Assembly (NCBI GenBank): GCA_965206745.1 | Contig: OZ242220.1 | Span: forward strand, 1,216,001 to 1,280,000 | DNA from: Nitrosopumilus sp. | Lineage (GTDB): Archaea > Thermoproteota > Nitrososphaeria > Nitrososphaerales > Nitrosopumilaceae | Length of the DNA: 64,000 nucleotides | Reading direction: 5' to 3' | Shown: positions 19,602 to 29,487 of the stretch, in pieces | Layout of the letters: each line of letters begins with the position of its first letter | Position numbering within the stretch: the stretch's first letter is position 1 | Notes under the pieces: model-generated | What the model saw: only the letters and a program-made list of their open reading frames with translations | The model's database searches: none | What the model was told of the DNA's origin: nothing | Translations under genes and position numbers: made by a program

Positions 19602-20086
19602 TCAAAGATAAAACAACCATTCAAGCTCATCGGGGAGTCTTGAAGATGATACTCCTATCAAATAATTTTCCATCACCAAATGATTCACCAACTTTAGAGA
19701 TTGAAAGGATGATGGGCCCCATGTCTGCCAAAATTTGACGTGGATGGCTTACTGTAGTTGCACCAAATGAATCGACAGGATGTGAAACAATGGCAGAAGG
19801 AAGACATCATTAGAAAACAATCCAAGAGATTTTTTAATGCAGAGAAAATATCGTGGCAGTACTATGGAATTGTGTCCTGTTTCTTTAATGGTTTTTTCAA
19901 GTTTTTGTAATTTTTCAGGGTCAGATTTTACCCACAGGTACATTCTATCCAGATGAGGGATCCAGTTATACAATATGCCAAAAATGCACTATGGCCTTTA
20001 TCTTTTAATTTTGAGACTGCCCATTTTCGGACTTTGATTCTACGTCTTTCTGATCTTGCCGACACAGGAATCACTGCAATTCTCAT
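19602..20086 (-). pseudogene. NAD(P)H-dependent FMN reductase pseudogene
   Basis: Frameshifted pieces MRIAVIPVSARSERRRIKVRKWAVSKLKDKGH / LDRMY..PEKLQKLEKTIKE / SFGATTVSHPRQILADMG..ISKVGESFGDGKL..DELEWL follow the FMN_red family pattern. Confidence 0.7.
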
Positions 20087-20185
20087 AAACATGAGTGATT
20101 GCAGAGCAAGGATTCAGGCCAAATTCAAGAGGGCAGATCATGTCATAGAATTCATATACTGAATATCCAAACCAAGAGCTAGAAA

Positions 20186-20725
20186 ATGAGCAAGAATTTT
20201 TGGCACGACATAGAATCAGGCAAGGATATTCCAGAGATAGTTAACGCAATTGTGGAGATACCCAAGGGTTCGATGAACAAATACGAGTATGACAAAACGC
20301 ACAACATGATAAAATTAGACCGGGTGTTATTTTCACCATTTCACTATCCAGGGGATTATGGACTGATCCCACAGACATTGTCAGAGGATGGGGACCCACT
20401 AGATGTGCTAATACTAGTGACAAACCCAACATACCCGGGAATCTTGATTGAGGCAAGACCCATCGGACTGCTTCAAATGAAAGATGACGGCAAGTTAGAT
20501 GACAAAATTATTTGTGTTGCGACAAACGATCCGAGATATTTGCACACAGTAGACATTACCGATATTGAGGATCATTATCGCTCAGAAATTGCACATTTTT
20601 TCCAAGTTTACAAAGATTTGGAAGGAAAGAAGGTGGAGATCATAGGATGGAAATCATCCAAGGAAGCAAAAATCGTAATCATCGAATCAATAAAAAGATA
20701 CAAGAATACCCTGAAAAAATATTAG
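20186..20725 (+). CDS. ppa: Inorganic pyrophosphatase
   Basis: EIPKGSMNKYE, YPGDYG, DGDPLD, DDKII, FFQVYKDLE. Confidence 0.97.
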   Translation: MSKNFWHDIESGKDIPEIVNAIVEIPKGSMNKYEYDKTHNMIKLDRVLFSPFHYPGDYGLIPQTLSEDGDPLDVLILVTNPTYPGILIEARPIGLLQMKDDGKLDDKIICVATNDPRYLHTVDITDIEDHYRSEIAHFFQVYKDLEGKKVEIIGWKSSKEAKIVIIESIKRYKNTLKKY

Positions 20726-20726
20726 C

Positions 20727-20981
20727 ATGTCAAAAGAATGTGAACATTTTGTCCAAGTGAGAAAGGTTTCTCAGAACACAAGAAATTGTCAAGAGTGTGA
20801 AAAAGAGCACCTTCCAGTAGTTGCGATCAGAATGTGTTTAACATGCGGCCATGTTGGTTGCTGTGATTCATCTATTGGCAAACATGCAACAAAGCATTTT
20901 GAGGAGACAGGGCATCCGGTGATGCAGGCAGTTCCAGAAAACATTTGGAAGTGGTGCTATATTCATGAAGAGTATTATTGA
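20727..20981 (+). CDS. UBP-type zinc finger protein
   Basis: RMCLTCGHVGCCDSS..KHATKHF..TGHP...WKWCY. Confidence 0.92.
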   Translation: MSKECEHFVQVRKVSQNTRNCQECEKEHLPVVAIRMCLTCGHVGCCDSSIGKHATKHFEETGHPVMQAVPENIWKWCYIHEEYY

Positions 20982-21039
20982 TTGGTCATACAAGTTGTGA
21001 CAGTGATTTTGGAGAGCGGGGGAAATTCTGAATCGAGGT

Positions 21040-21600
21040 TTAGTCGTAAACCATTAATTCTTTTTCTTCAAGTAAAGCATGGATTTGGTTTACAGAACGA
21101 TGGACGTCTTTTTCAAGTTTTGCCCCAACACACACCAGTTTGCCTGATGCAAAAATTAGAATTACAGTTTTTGGATCAAGCATCCTGTGAATCAATCCAG
21201 GAAACTGTTCTGGCTCGTACATACTTCTAGGAAGGGTTCTGGCTGCCTGCTCCAAGTTTACTTTGCCTCCAAGATTAATCGAGGACACTATATTTTGTAT
21301 TGAAACTATGGGCTCGTTTTTGATTTTTATCTTGCCTTTTCGTAAGATTTTCACTACCTCAAATACGGCAGTTTCTGCCAACACCTGAGATTTTGCACCA
21401 GTGCATACCATCTTGCCTGAGCCAAAAAGCAGTGTGGCAGTCTTTGGACTTTTTAGTCTGAAAACGGCACCGGGGAACTGCTCTGGATGATATTCAACAG
21501 CAGGGAATTTTTTAGTAATATCTACAAGGTCTAGTTTTTGCTCTATAGTTGCAGAGGCTACAACATTTACAATTGCAATGATAGGTTTGGTTTGAGTCAT
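21040..21600 (-). CDS. tbp: TATA-box binding protein
   Basis: Two repeats of NVVAS...YxPEQFPG...GKxVCxGAK. Confidence 0.98.
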   Translation of the reverse strand: MTQTKPIIAIVNVVASATIEQKLDLVDITKKFPAVEYHPEQFPGAVFRLKSPKTATLLFGSGKMVCTGAKSQVLAETAVFEVVKILRKGKIKIKNEPIVSIQNIVSSINLGGKVNLEQAARTLPRSMYEPEQFPGLIHRMLDPKTVILIFASGKLVCVGAKLEKDVHRSVNQIHALLEEKELMVYD

Positions 21601-21604
21601 CTCT

Positions 21605-22537
21605 TTATTTTCCTCCCACCATGTCCATATTTTGGTCTAATCGTAATCCTTTGTATCTATTTCTAATTGTTACCTCTGTGACATTGGCGGCTTCTGCAAT
21701 GTCTCGCTGGGTCTTATCCTCACCGTTTTTGACACAAGACAGGTATAATGCAGCTGCGGCCAATCCCATTGGATCCTTTCCAGCAGACTCTTCATGTGCT
21801 TGTGCATCCTTGAGCACTTTGACTGCATACCGCTTAGTCTTTTCTGTAATTCCAATGGAACTTGCAATTCTTGCAACGCATTGAACAGGATCTACAACAG
21901 GCATCTTTAGTTCTAGTTCTTGGTGTAAAATTCTATAACATCTTGAGATATCTTTTTTCTTAATGTTGCCTGCATCTGAAACATCTTTTAAGGTTCGAGG
22001 AGTTTCAGTGTCTCTGCATGCAGCATAAAGAGATGCCGCAATCAAGGCAGAGATTGAACGACCCTTGACAAGGCCTTTCTCCAATGCTTTTCTGTAAATG
22101 TACGATGCCTTTTCAATAACTGCATCAGAGAGTGAAAGTTTATCTTTTAATGTCGATAGTTCGCTTAAGGCCTGTCTGAGATTTTTATCAGATGAGGCGT
22201 TGACTTTGCTTCTGCTATCCCATGTTCTTAACCGTTCAATGGTACTTTTCATGGTAGAAGTGAGAGGCTTTCCTGAAGAATCTTTATTGATGGGACTGAT
22301 GATTGTTGCAAGTCCCCTGTCATGCATTGCCAGTGACGTGGGAGCTCCGGTTCTAGTCGGATCTGTACCGCCTTCTTTTGAAAATGATCTCCATTCAGGT
22401 CCAGAATCTTGCAATGTCTCAGTAATGACATAACCGCATTTTCCACAGAAACGCTCTCCAGTGACATTATCAGTCAACATGGAATTTTTTCCACAACGAC
22501 CACATGCCGAATCCGCGTTAATCATTTCTAGAACCAA
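21605..22537 (-). CDS. tfb: Transcription initiation factor IIB
   Basis: Zn ribbon CGRC..CGKCG, GPEWRSF, GKDPMGLAAAALY, VTEVTIRNRY. Confidence 0.97.
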   Translation of the reverse strand: MVLEMINADSACGRCGKNSMLTDNVTGERFCGKCGYVITETLQDSGPEWRSFSKEGGTDPTRTGAPTSLAMHDRGLATIISPINKDSSGKPLTSTMKSTIERLRTWDSRSKVNASSDKNLRQALSELSTLKDKLSLSDAVIEKASYIYRKALEKGLVKGRSISALIAASLYAACRDTETPRTLKDVSDAGNIKKKDISRCYRILHQELELKMPVVDPVQCVARIASSIGITEKTKRYAVKVLKDAQAHEESAGKDPMGLAAAALYLSCVKNGEDKTQRDIAEAANVTEVTIRNRYKGLRLDQNMDMVGGK

Positions 22538-22757
22538 AGGAATACCAATATTGCGTTGTTGATTTCCTATATGAACCGATTTATTTGAGGATTTTCGGAC
22601 AAACGCTGAACCTAGGGATCACAGGCACGATAACCCAAAAAAGGCCCCAAAAGTGGAATTTTTCACAAAAATGTCTTTTTTGCAATGAATTTTCAAAATT
22701 CAAAAAAACCCCATAACTGCCATTGATTTTTTAATAGTTACAGGGCAGCAAACACAG

Positions 22758-24530
22758 ATGTCATCATATCAGATAGGAAAGTGGGATCTAACAGAACTAG
22801 TAAAGAATCCAAAAAGCCCGGCATTTCAAAAACAGATTTGCCAATTAGAAAGACAGGCAATAAAGTTTGAAAAGATTAAATCAAGACTGGATCCAAAAAT
22901 GTCATCCAAACAATTTATGAACATTATCCATCAGGTTGAAGAAATTTCTGAAAATATGAGCAGGGTCGGCGGTTATGCATCACTTGCGTATTCTTCTGAT
23001 ACACAATCAGATGAAGCAACATCCCTAATGACAAAAATGTCAAAGTTGGGCTCTGAAATTTCAAACAAGATTTTATTTTTTGATTTGTGGTGGAAAACAC
23101 AGGTTGATGAAAAAAATGCAAAGAGGCTTATGAAAGATGCAGGAGAGATTACAGAATATCTGTCACACAAAAGACTATTTGCAAAATATGCACTAAGTGA
23201 ACCTGAAGAGAAGATCATAAACACGTTAGATGTGACGGGAATATCGGCACTTGTGAAGCTGTATGACAAGATAACCAACTCCTTTGAATACAAGATGAAG
23301 GTTGGCAATAAATCCAAAGTGATGACAAGGGAGGAACTTACAAACTATGTCAGAAGTACAAATCCAAAAATTCGAGAGACTGCATACAAGACAATTCTGT
23401 CAAAATATTCTAAAAACAAAGGAGTGGCAGGGGAAATATATCAGAATATCGTACTTAACTGGAAAGATGAAGGCATTGAGATCAGAGGGTACGAGTCGCC
23501 AATTTCTATGAGAAATATAGGCAATAATGTAGATGATCAAACCATAGATTCCCTACTATCAGTTTGTAAAAAAAATTCCCCGATATTTCAGAAATTTTTC
23601 GTTCAAAAAGCAAAGATGCTAAAAATGAAAAAACTGCGAAGGTATGATTTGTATGCGCCTGCAGCATCCAACATCAAAGAAAAAAATTATTCGTACGACA
23701 AATCAGTAAAATTAGTTTTTGAATCACTTGGGAAATTCAGTAGTACACTAGAAAAATATGCCAGAAAGGTATTTGATGAAAACCACATTGATTCAGACAT
23801 AAGACAAGGGAAAAGAGACGGTGCCTTTTGCAGTACGCTTGCTCCAAAAATTACCCCATACGTGCTAGTCAACTTTACTGGCAAGTCAAGGGACGTCTTT
23901 ACCTTGGCTCATGAATTAGGCCATGCCGTTCACAGCCAGGCTGCACAAGATAGATCAATTCTTGTTCAAGATGCACCGTTGCCATTAGCAGAAACAGCAT
24001 CAACTTTTTCAGAACTGTTATTGTATGACAACATATCAGAGAAAATTTCTGACGATGAAAAAAAGGCAATGTTATCAGAGAAGATAGATGATCTGTACGC
24101 AACAATTCTAAGGCAATCATTTTTTACAATCTTTGAAGTAGATGCCCATGAGCAGATAGGGGAGGGAACCACAATAGATGAGATATCAAAAACATATTTA
24201 CAAAATCTCAAAGTTCAGTTTGGGAATTCAGTCAGCCTATCAGATGACTTTGCAGTAGAATGGAGCTGCATTCCCCATTTTTATCATACGCCGTTTTACT
24301 GCTATGCATATTCGTTTGGCAATTTATTGGCATTGTCACTATTCCAAAGGTACAAAAAAGAAAGAAAAGATTTTGTTCCCGCATACATGAGCATTCTTGC
24401 AGCAGGAGGATCAAAAAAGCCAGAAAGGTTGCTTTCAGAATATGGATTTGACATCACAGGTTCGAAGTTCTGGCAAGAGGGGTTTGATTACATCAAAGAA
24501 CAGGTAAGTACACTCTCATCATTAAATTAG
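22758..24530 (+). CDS. pepF: Oligoendopeptidase F (M3B family)
   Basis: WDLTEL, GKRDGAFC, TLAHELGHAVH, AETAS, HFYHTPFYCYAY. Confidence 0.93.
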   Translation: MSSYQIGKWDLTELVKNPKSPAFQKQICQLERQAIKFEKIKSRLDPKMSSKQFMNIIHQVEEISENMSRVGGYASLAYSSDTQSDEATSLMTKMSKLGSEISNKILFFDLWWKTQVDEKNAKRLMKDAGEITEYLSHKRLFAKYALSEPEEKIINTLDVTGISALVKLYDKITNSFEYKMKVGNKSKVMTREELTNYVRSTNPKIRETAYKTILSKYSKNKGVAGEIYQNIVLNWKDEGIEIRGYESPISMRNIGNNVDDQTIDSLLSVCKKNSPIFQKFFVQKAKMLKMKKLRRYDLYAPAASNIKEKNYSYDKSVKLVFESLGKFSSTLEKYARKVFDENHIDSDIRQGKRDGAFCSTLAPKITPYVLVNFTGKSRDVFTLAHELGHAVHSQAAQDRSILVQDAPLPLAETASTFSELLLYDNISEKISDDEKKAMLSEKIDDLYATILRQSFFTIFEVDAHEQIGEGTTIDEISKTYLQNLKVQFGNSVSLSDDFAVEWSCIPHFYHTPFYCYAYSFGNLLALSLFQRYKKERKDFVPAYMSILAAGGSKKPERLLSEYGFDITGSKFWQEGFDYIKEQVSTLSSLN

Positions 24531-24600
24531 AATGAAATGGGGCCGACAGTCCAACGCATGGACTGCCGGCTTGTTCCCCGAACGGTTTGAATTCGATGTC
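24531..24600 (-). ncRNA. Candidate structured small RNA
   Basis: GC-rich 12-bp stem GCCGGCAGUCCA/UGGACUGUCGGC plus GGG/CCC extension; TTTAAA TATA box 30 nt upstream on the minus strand. Confidence 0.45.
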
Positions 24601-24639
24601 AACTACAAGTCAAGAATAATCTGATTTAAACGTTTGAAA

Positions 24640-25212
24640 TTATCTCAAATCCGACTTCTTGGACCCAATTTTCCTAATAGTACCCATCAAAATTCCAATA
24701 GTGATTCCCAATTGATAAAGAAAGTACAACAAGACTTCAAAGGGATCAGGAGTGTATTGGGTAAACCTGCTTACAGCAGTCAATGCCAGTATTAAGGCAC
24801 TAAAAAAGAAAACAAATCCCTTGGTCTTCCCATCAAGATTTGTAAATTTCAGAATGACAAAACTCATCACAGTGACAGAGATTGCCAATACAGTCAAAAA
24901 CCCAGTATTTACTCCAAATATCAAAAAAAGTGAAGAGATGAATTCGCCGGGGTCATTTGCAGATAAATTAGATATGCTGATTTTCTCAGGGGAAGCAAAA
25001 CGCGGAACACTCAAAATTGCATTTATCAAAAAGAGTACAAACATGGTAATAGACACTGTTTTGACATGGTTTTGTAACCGTGGGAATCTTACAAGGATGG
25101 CCCTGCCAAGAATTATTCCCTGGAACACTCCAATACCAAAAGCACACAAAACTGCAATTAATTGAATTACAGGATGTAAAAACAGATCAGCTGAAAACGG
25201 AAGTATTGCCAT
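24640..25212 (-). CDS. Hypothetical polytopic membrane protein
   Basis: About 5 hydrophobic segments. Confidence 0.75.
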   Translation of the reverse strand: MAILPFSADLFLHPVIQLIAVLCAFGIGVFQGIILGRAILVRFPRLQNHVKTVSITMFVLFLINAILSVPRFASPEKISISNLSANDPGEFISSLFLIFGVNTGFLTVLAISVTVMSFVILKFTNLDGKTKGFVFFFSALILALTAVSRFTQYTPDPFEVLLYFLYQLGITIGILMGTIRKIGSKKSDLR

Positions 25213-25342
25213 ATTGTCTAGATATTGTCATACATGACCATATTAGTTGCCAGATAATCTAATTTAGTAAAAAAATAAAATAAAATTATCCAATAGAGAA
25301 AAAGACGAATAAATTTAATAGTTCAGCCTAAGAGAGCACATC

Positions 25343-26488
25343 ATGCAAGTGAAGATATCTTATCTAATGGTGATTCTAATGATAGGGATTTCTACAAATT
25401 ACGCATATTCACAAGAAATCAGCCTTTCAACATTTCAAGAGACGGCACAGGTTATTATTGATAAAAGCATATCTGAAAACGTTACAGCCTCAATCATCTT
25501 GCAAAGTACAAGCATACAGGAAATCAAAATTCCAACAGAGTTGGAACAGGGTATCAGGGAGGATGGACGAATTGGGGCAATAGTTTTTACAAATGAGGAT
25601 CAATGCATTCTAGGAGTTAGAGACGAATCATGCATATTGATTAACGTGGTAAGAAATCCAGAAAGCAAGGGAGTCCTGCAAATTCAAAACTATACGAAAA
25701 GTATTTCTGAATTATACATTGAACAGATCAATGAGGCCCTTGATATAAACGCAAAATTTCACTCAGTCTTCATACACACAGCAGATGAGACAAATAAGGC
25801 CCTTGATACTTCGGGCATAATTTCAGGGAGAGGATCGATTTCAGCAGTATACACACTGCCAATGGAGGATACGTATTCAATGTATGAAAAGACAGCATCA
25901 ATCTTGATTCCAAAAATAATTAGAGACGGTGGAGGGTTCTACGAGGTTGCAAAAAAAATATCATCTGAAGAAAATGCAAAGATGACGTTCTCAATCATTC
26001 CAACAGATGTAAAATCCCTGTTACAATTGAAATTATCAGTAAATTATCCCAACAAAGCATCAGCGATTTCAGAGGTGGATCCTTTAGAGTTTCTCAAAGT
26101 TAAAAATATCAAAAGATCGGATTATTTCAATGCTGGATTTTACCCGCTAAATTCAATTATTCAGGTAGTCATATTATCGCCTGAAAATACCAAGGTTTCA
26201 GACGTGGCAGGAAATATAATTCCCACGCAAACAATAGATGATGAAAAAATTCCAATAGACGTCAAAAAAGACGGATGGATTTTTGATCCCCAAGAAGGGC
26301 AATTGATACAAGGCAAGTACATCTTTGGAGAAAAGACATCTGTTAGCGGGGATGATTTAAAATTTTCCTTGGGCGGAAAAGAACCAACTAGAAAACCAGT
26401 ATTAGATGAGTCAATCATAGTTCTCATCATAATCACAATAGTTGCCATAGCAGCCGCAGTGTTTTATCTTAAAGGATATAAAAAATAA
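25343..26488 (+). CDS. Exported protein with C-terminal membrane anchor
   Basis: Signal peptide plus C-terminal TM and basic tail (YLKGYKK). Confidence 0.8.
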   Translation: MQVKISYLMVILMIGISTNYAYSQEISLSTFQETAQVIIDKSISENVTASIILQSTSIQEIKIPTELEQGIREDGRIGAIVFTNEDQCILGVRDESCILINVVRNPESKGVLQIQNYTKSISELYIEQINEALDINAKFHSVFIHTADETNKALDTSGIISGRGSISAVYTLPMEDTYSMYEKTASILIPKIIRDGGGFYEVAKKISSEENAKMTFSIIPTDVKSLLQLKLSVNYPNKASAISEVDPLEFLKVKNIKRSDYFNAGFYPLNSIIQVVILSPENTKVSDVAGNIIPTQTIDDEKIPIDVKKDGWIFDPQEGQLIQGKYIFGEKTSVSGDDLKFSLGGKEPTRKPVLDESIIVLIIITIVAIAAAVFYLKGYKK

Positions 26489-27040
26489 CTATAGCAAAAG
26501 AACGGCAGCTGCAAAAACAGTTGTCCATTTTCCATCTTTGTCACCCTTGGTAGTTTGAGTGATGTTGCGAGTTTTGTAGATTTCTCCAGAGATAGACCAT
26601 TGCTGTCTCTTTTCATTCCATGCCTTATCAGCATCAAAAGGAATTCCCAAAGATGACGCGAGCATTTGAGCTGCAACATCCTCAGCATAATCACCTGCCT
26701 GAACTTCATTTTGTCCAAAAGATTCGTATTCGGAGAGATAACCGTATCTGGATTTATCTTTTGGTTGTGCTAGACCTACAGATGCAGAACACACACGAAA
26801 AGGCTCATTTGTTTGATTTTTAGAGTATATCGTAAAGAGGATTTGTCCGGGCGAAATTTTTTTCAGGCCTTCTTTTCTAGTGATCAATTTTGCATTAGGG
26901 GGGAAAATACTTGAAATCAAAACAAGATTGGTTCCTGCAATCCCAGCATCCCTAAGTGCATATTCAAAACTGGTCAAACGATCTTCATGAACACCCTTAC
27001 CCTTTGTAAGGAACAAATTTTTTGCAACAAGGTCTAACAT
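26489..27040 (-). CDS. pdaD: Pyruvoyl-dependent arginine decarboxylase
   Basis: SFEYALRDAGI..NLVLISSIFPP (SS cleavage site), YGYLSEY, WTTVFAAAV. Confidence 0.93.
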   Translation of the reverse strand: MLDLVAKNLFLTKGKGVHEDRLTSFEYALRDAGIAGTNLVLISSIFPPNAKLITRKEGLKKISPGQILFTIYSKNQTNEPFRVCSASVGLAQPKDKSRYGYLSEYESFGQNEVQAGDYAEDVAAQMLASSLGIPFDADKAWNEKRQQWSISGEIYKTRNITQTTKGDKDGKWTTVFAAAVLLL

Positions 27041-27126
27041 TTCTAAATTTCTGATAGAAAGTTATTATTTATACCTTAATTGAATCCAAATTTCGGCAAT
27101 AATTTTAGAAATTTATTGAAAATGCC

Positions 27127-27369
27127 CTAACCGGTTTTTCTTTTCTTTTTTCTTTTATCAGGTTCACTTTGGATTTGAGTCAAAAAGATAAATGTGAAAA
27201 ATGCGCCCAATCCGACGTTAATGACACCCATAAATGTGATCATCACAGTCATCGAAGGTGGAGAATAGTGGGACAGACCAACAACTATGCCAATTACACC
27301 AGTGACAAAAAACATCATCATCAAAACCTTGACTCTGGTAGGTTCGATGTATCTCATAACAGGTATCAA
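27127..27369 (-). CDS. Small two-TM membrane protein
   Basis: Two hydrophobic helices and a basic C-terminal tail (DKRKKKRK). Confidence 0.7.
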   Translation of the reverse strand: MIPVMRYIEPTRVKVLMMMFFVTGVIGIVVGLSHYSPPSMTVMITFMGVINVGLGAFFTFIFLTQIQSEPDKRKKKRKTG

Positions 27370-27480
27370 AATAGGGTAATATTATAAACTGACGGTGTTT
27401 TGAGAGGATTTTGGAATAAAATTATTTTTAATTGTCCACAGGTAACACTTTAAATCGTCAAAAATTTCATTTTACTTCGT

Positions 27481-27554
27481 GCCAATGTAGCTCAGCCTGG
27501 TAGAGCAATTGATTTGTAATCAATAGGTCATGGGTTCAGATCCCGTCATTGGCT
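27481..27554 (+). tRNA. tRNA-Thr(TGT)
   Basis: GCCAATG/CATTGGC acceptor; anticodon arm ATTGA-TTTGTAA-TCAAT; T arm ATGGG-TTCAGAT-CCCGT. Confidence 0.95.
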
Positions 27555-27630
27555 CCTAAATTTCTACAAGCCGTACTTAATTCAAGATCGAGCAATACGA
27601 ATAAGTAGGTCTGATTTTAAATAAATAAAA

Positions 27631-28905
27631 ATGAGTTTGGACGAATCAAAAGTGGATCAGAGTAATGATCAGAGTAATGATCAGAGTAATGATCAGAGTA
27701 ATGATCAGAGTAATGATCAGAGTAATGATCAGAGTAATGATCAGAGTAATGATCAGAGTAATGATCAGAGTAATGATCAGAGTAATGATCAGAGTAATGA
27801 TCAGAGTAATGATCAGAGTAATGATCAGAGTAATGATCAGAGTAATGATCAGAGTAATGATCAGAGTAATGATCAGAGTAATGATCAGAGTAATGATCAG
27901 AGTAATGATCAGAGTAATGATCAGAGTAATGATCAGAGTAATGATCAGAGTAATGATCAGAGTAATGATCAGAGTAATGATCAGAGTAATGATCAGAGTA
28001 ATGATCAGAGTAATGATCAGAGTAATGATCAGAGTAATGATCAGAGTAATGATCAGAGTAATGATCAGAGTAATGATCAGAGTAATGATCAGAGTAATGA
28101 TCAGAGTAGTTATGAAAATAATGATCAGGATAATAAGAGAGATGTTTCTACAAAGAAACCGACATTTAATGGGATGATAATCGGAGTAATCATACTAGTT
28201 GGAATTGCATCATTTTTTGCCGGATCATATGTAACAAATTTGAATTCAGATCAAATTTCAGCAAGTGATCTTGATGAAGCAATGGCAAAACTGGAACTCA
28301 AGATAATACAAAATCAACTGCCTACAACACAACCAAATAAACCGGTGCAAATTTCAGCAGATAATGATCCGATAATAGGAAATCCAGATGCACCAATTAC
28401 CATAGTGGAATTTTCAGATTTTCAGTGTCCGTTTTGTGCAAGATTCCACATTCAAACATTGCCATTAATTATGGAAGAATATATCGAACAAGGCAAAGTG
28501 AAATTAGTCTTTAGAGACTTTCCAATTCAAAGCATACATCCAAATGCAGTACCAGCATCATTTGCAGCTGAATGTGCAAATGATCAAGGCAAATTCAAAG
28601 AAATGCACGATGTGTTATTTGAAAAACAAAATGAATGGAGTAATCTAAGACCTGTTGAACTAATATCCAGATTCAATCAATATGCATTAGAAATGCAATT
28701 GGATCAAGAATTATTTGATTCGTGCATTACTAGTGAAAAACACCTTGAAGAAATTGGAAATGATCTAGAAGATGGGAGAGATTACGGCGTTTCAGGCACT
28801 CCAGGATTCTTTGTAGGAAATGATCAAATAGGATATGTCGAATTGAAAGGAGCCCAGCCATTTGAGAGTTTCAAAAAAATTATTGATGCTCAATTAAAGG
28901 CATAA
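27631..28905 (+). CDS. DsbA/BdbD-type thiol-disulfide oxidoreductase with N-terminal (DQSN)n tract
   Basis: GNPDAPITIVEFSDFQCPFCARF, RDFP, GVSGTPGF, GAQPF; TM helix precedes the domain. Confidence 0.92.
   Translation: MSLDESKVDQSNDQSNDQSNDQSNDQSNDQSNDQSNDQSNDQSNDQSNDQSNDQSNDQSNDQSNDQSNDQSNDQSNDQSNDQSNDQSNDQSNDQSNDQSNDQSNDQSNDQSNDQSNDQSNDQSNDQSNDQSNDQSNDQSNDQSNDQSNDQSNDQSNDQSSYENNDQDNKRDVSTKKPTFNGMIIGVIILVGIASFFAGSYVTNLNSDQISASDLDEAMAKLELKIIQNQLPTTQPNKPVQISADNDPIIGNPDAPITIVEFSDFQCPFCARFHIQTLPLIMEEYIEQGKVKLVFRDFPIQSIHPNAVPASFAAECANDQGKFKEMHDVLFEKQNEWSNLRPVELISRFNQYALEMQLDQELFDSCITSEKHLEEIGNDLEDGRDYGVSGTPGFFVGNDQIGYVELKGAQPFESFKKIIDAQLKA
27655..28110 (+). repeat. Tandem 12-bp repeat GATCAGAGTAAT x37 plus one variant unit
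   Basis: Directly visible; perfect units 27655-28098, last unit GATCAGAGTAGT. Confidence 0.99.
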
Positions 28906-29214
28906 AAGACAACATGTTCCCCAATAGATCCAAACGTATGAAGAATCAAGAGATTGCAGTGTTGTCAAACAGGCGATATGCTATTAGTATTCCACATGTT
29001 AACGCTGTGGCTCCCCATATACCTTTGAATTTATTTTTTATCATCCCATATTTTTATTATAATTTTGGCAACATCCCTATTGAATTCTACTCAGCAGACA
29101 GATATGAAACGTTGACAAGATGAATCTATAGGTGGATCTTTAATCTTGTCTAGTTTGTCATTCAAGGACAATCCACACGACATCCTGTTTTCCCAGAATT
29201 TGAGGCAAAACAAA

Positions 29215-29487
29215 TCATTTGCTAGAAAACAGTGCCCCGTATGGCTCTAATACCCTTTGGTAGAATTCTCGCCCCTTCTGTGTGACGGCATATTTAGTGA
29301 TTGATTTTTTGCCATTAGAGTACATGTCCTTTTTGATGAGATCTTTTTCTTCTAGTTCATCTAGTATTGACTGGTCCCTTGTCGCATTAAGATTGCATAA
29401 TGAGAGGAGGTTTGTCCTTACTATTGATTCGGATTCTGTAAGCTTTGCAATGATGGCTGTAATGACCTGAACCTTGTCCCTATACAT
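29215..29487 (-). CDS. Winged helix-turn-helix transcriptional regulator (archaeal HTH_45-like)
   Basis: YRDKVQVI..I...RTNLLSLCNLN...LDELEEKDLI...YAVTQKGREF. Confidence 0.85.
   Translation of the reverse strand: MYRDKVQVITAIIAKLTESESIVRTNLLSLCNLNATRDQSILDELEEKDLIKKDMYSNGKKSITKYAVTQKGREFYQRVLEPYGALFSSK

Noticed and set aside
21040-22537. tfb-tbp pair plus a second tfb at 60831
   Set aside because: Multiple TFB paralogues are typical of Nitrososphaerota
27655-28110. Possible CRISPR array
   Set aside because: Units are directly adjacent with no spacers, and there are no cas genes
27665-28177. 170-aa (MIRV)n ORF
   Set aside because: Alternate-frame reading of the 12-bp tandem repeat; the DQSN frame is the one continuous with DsbA
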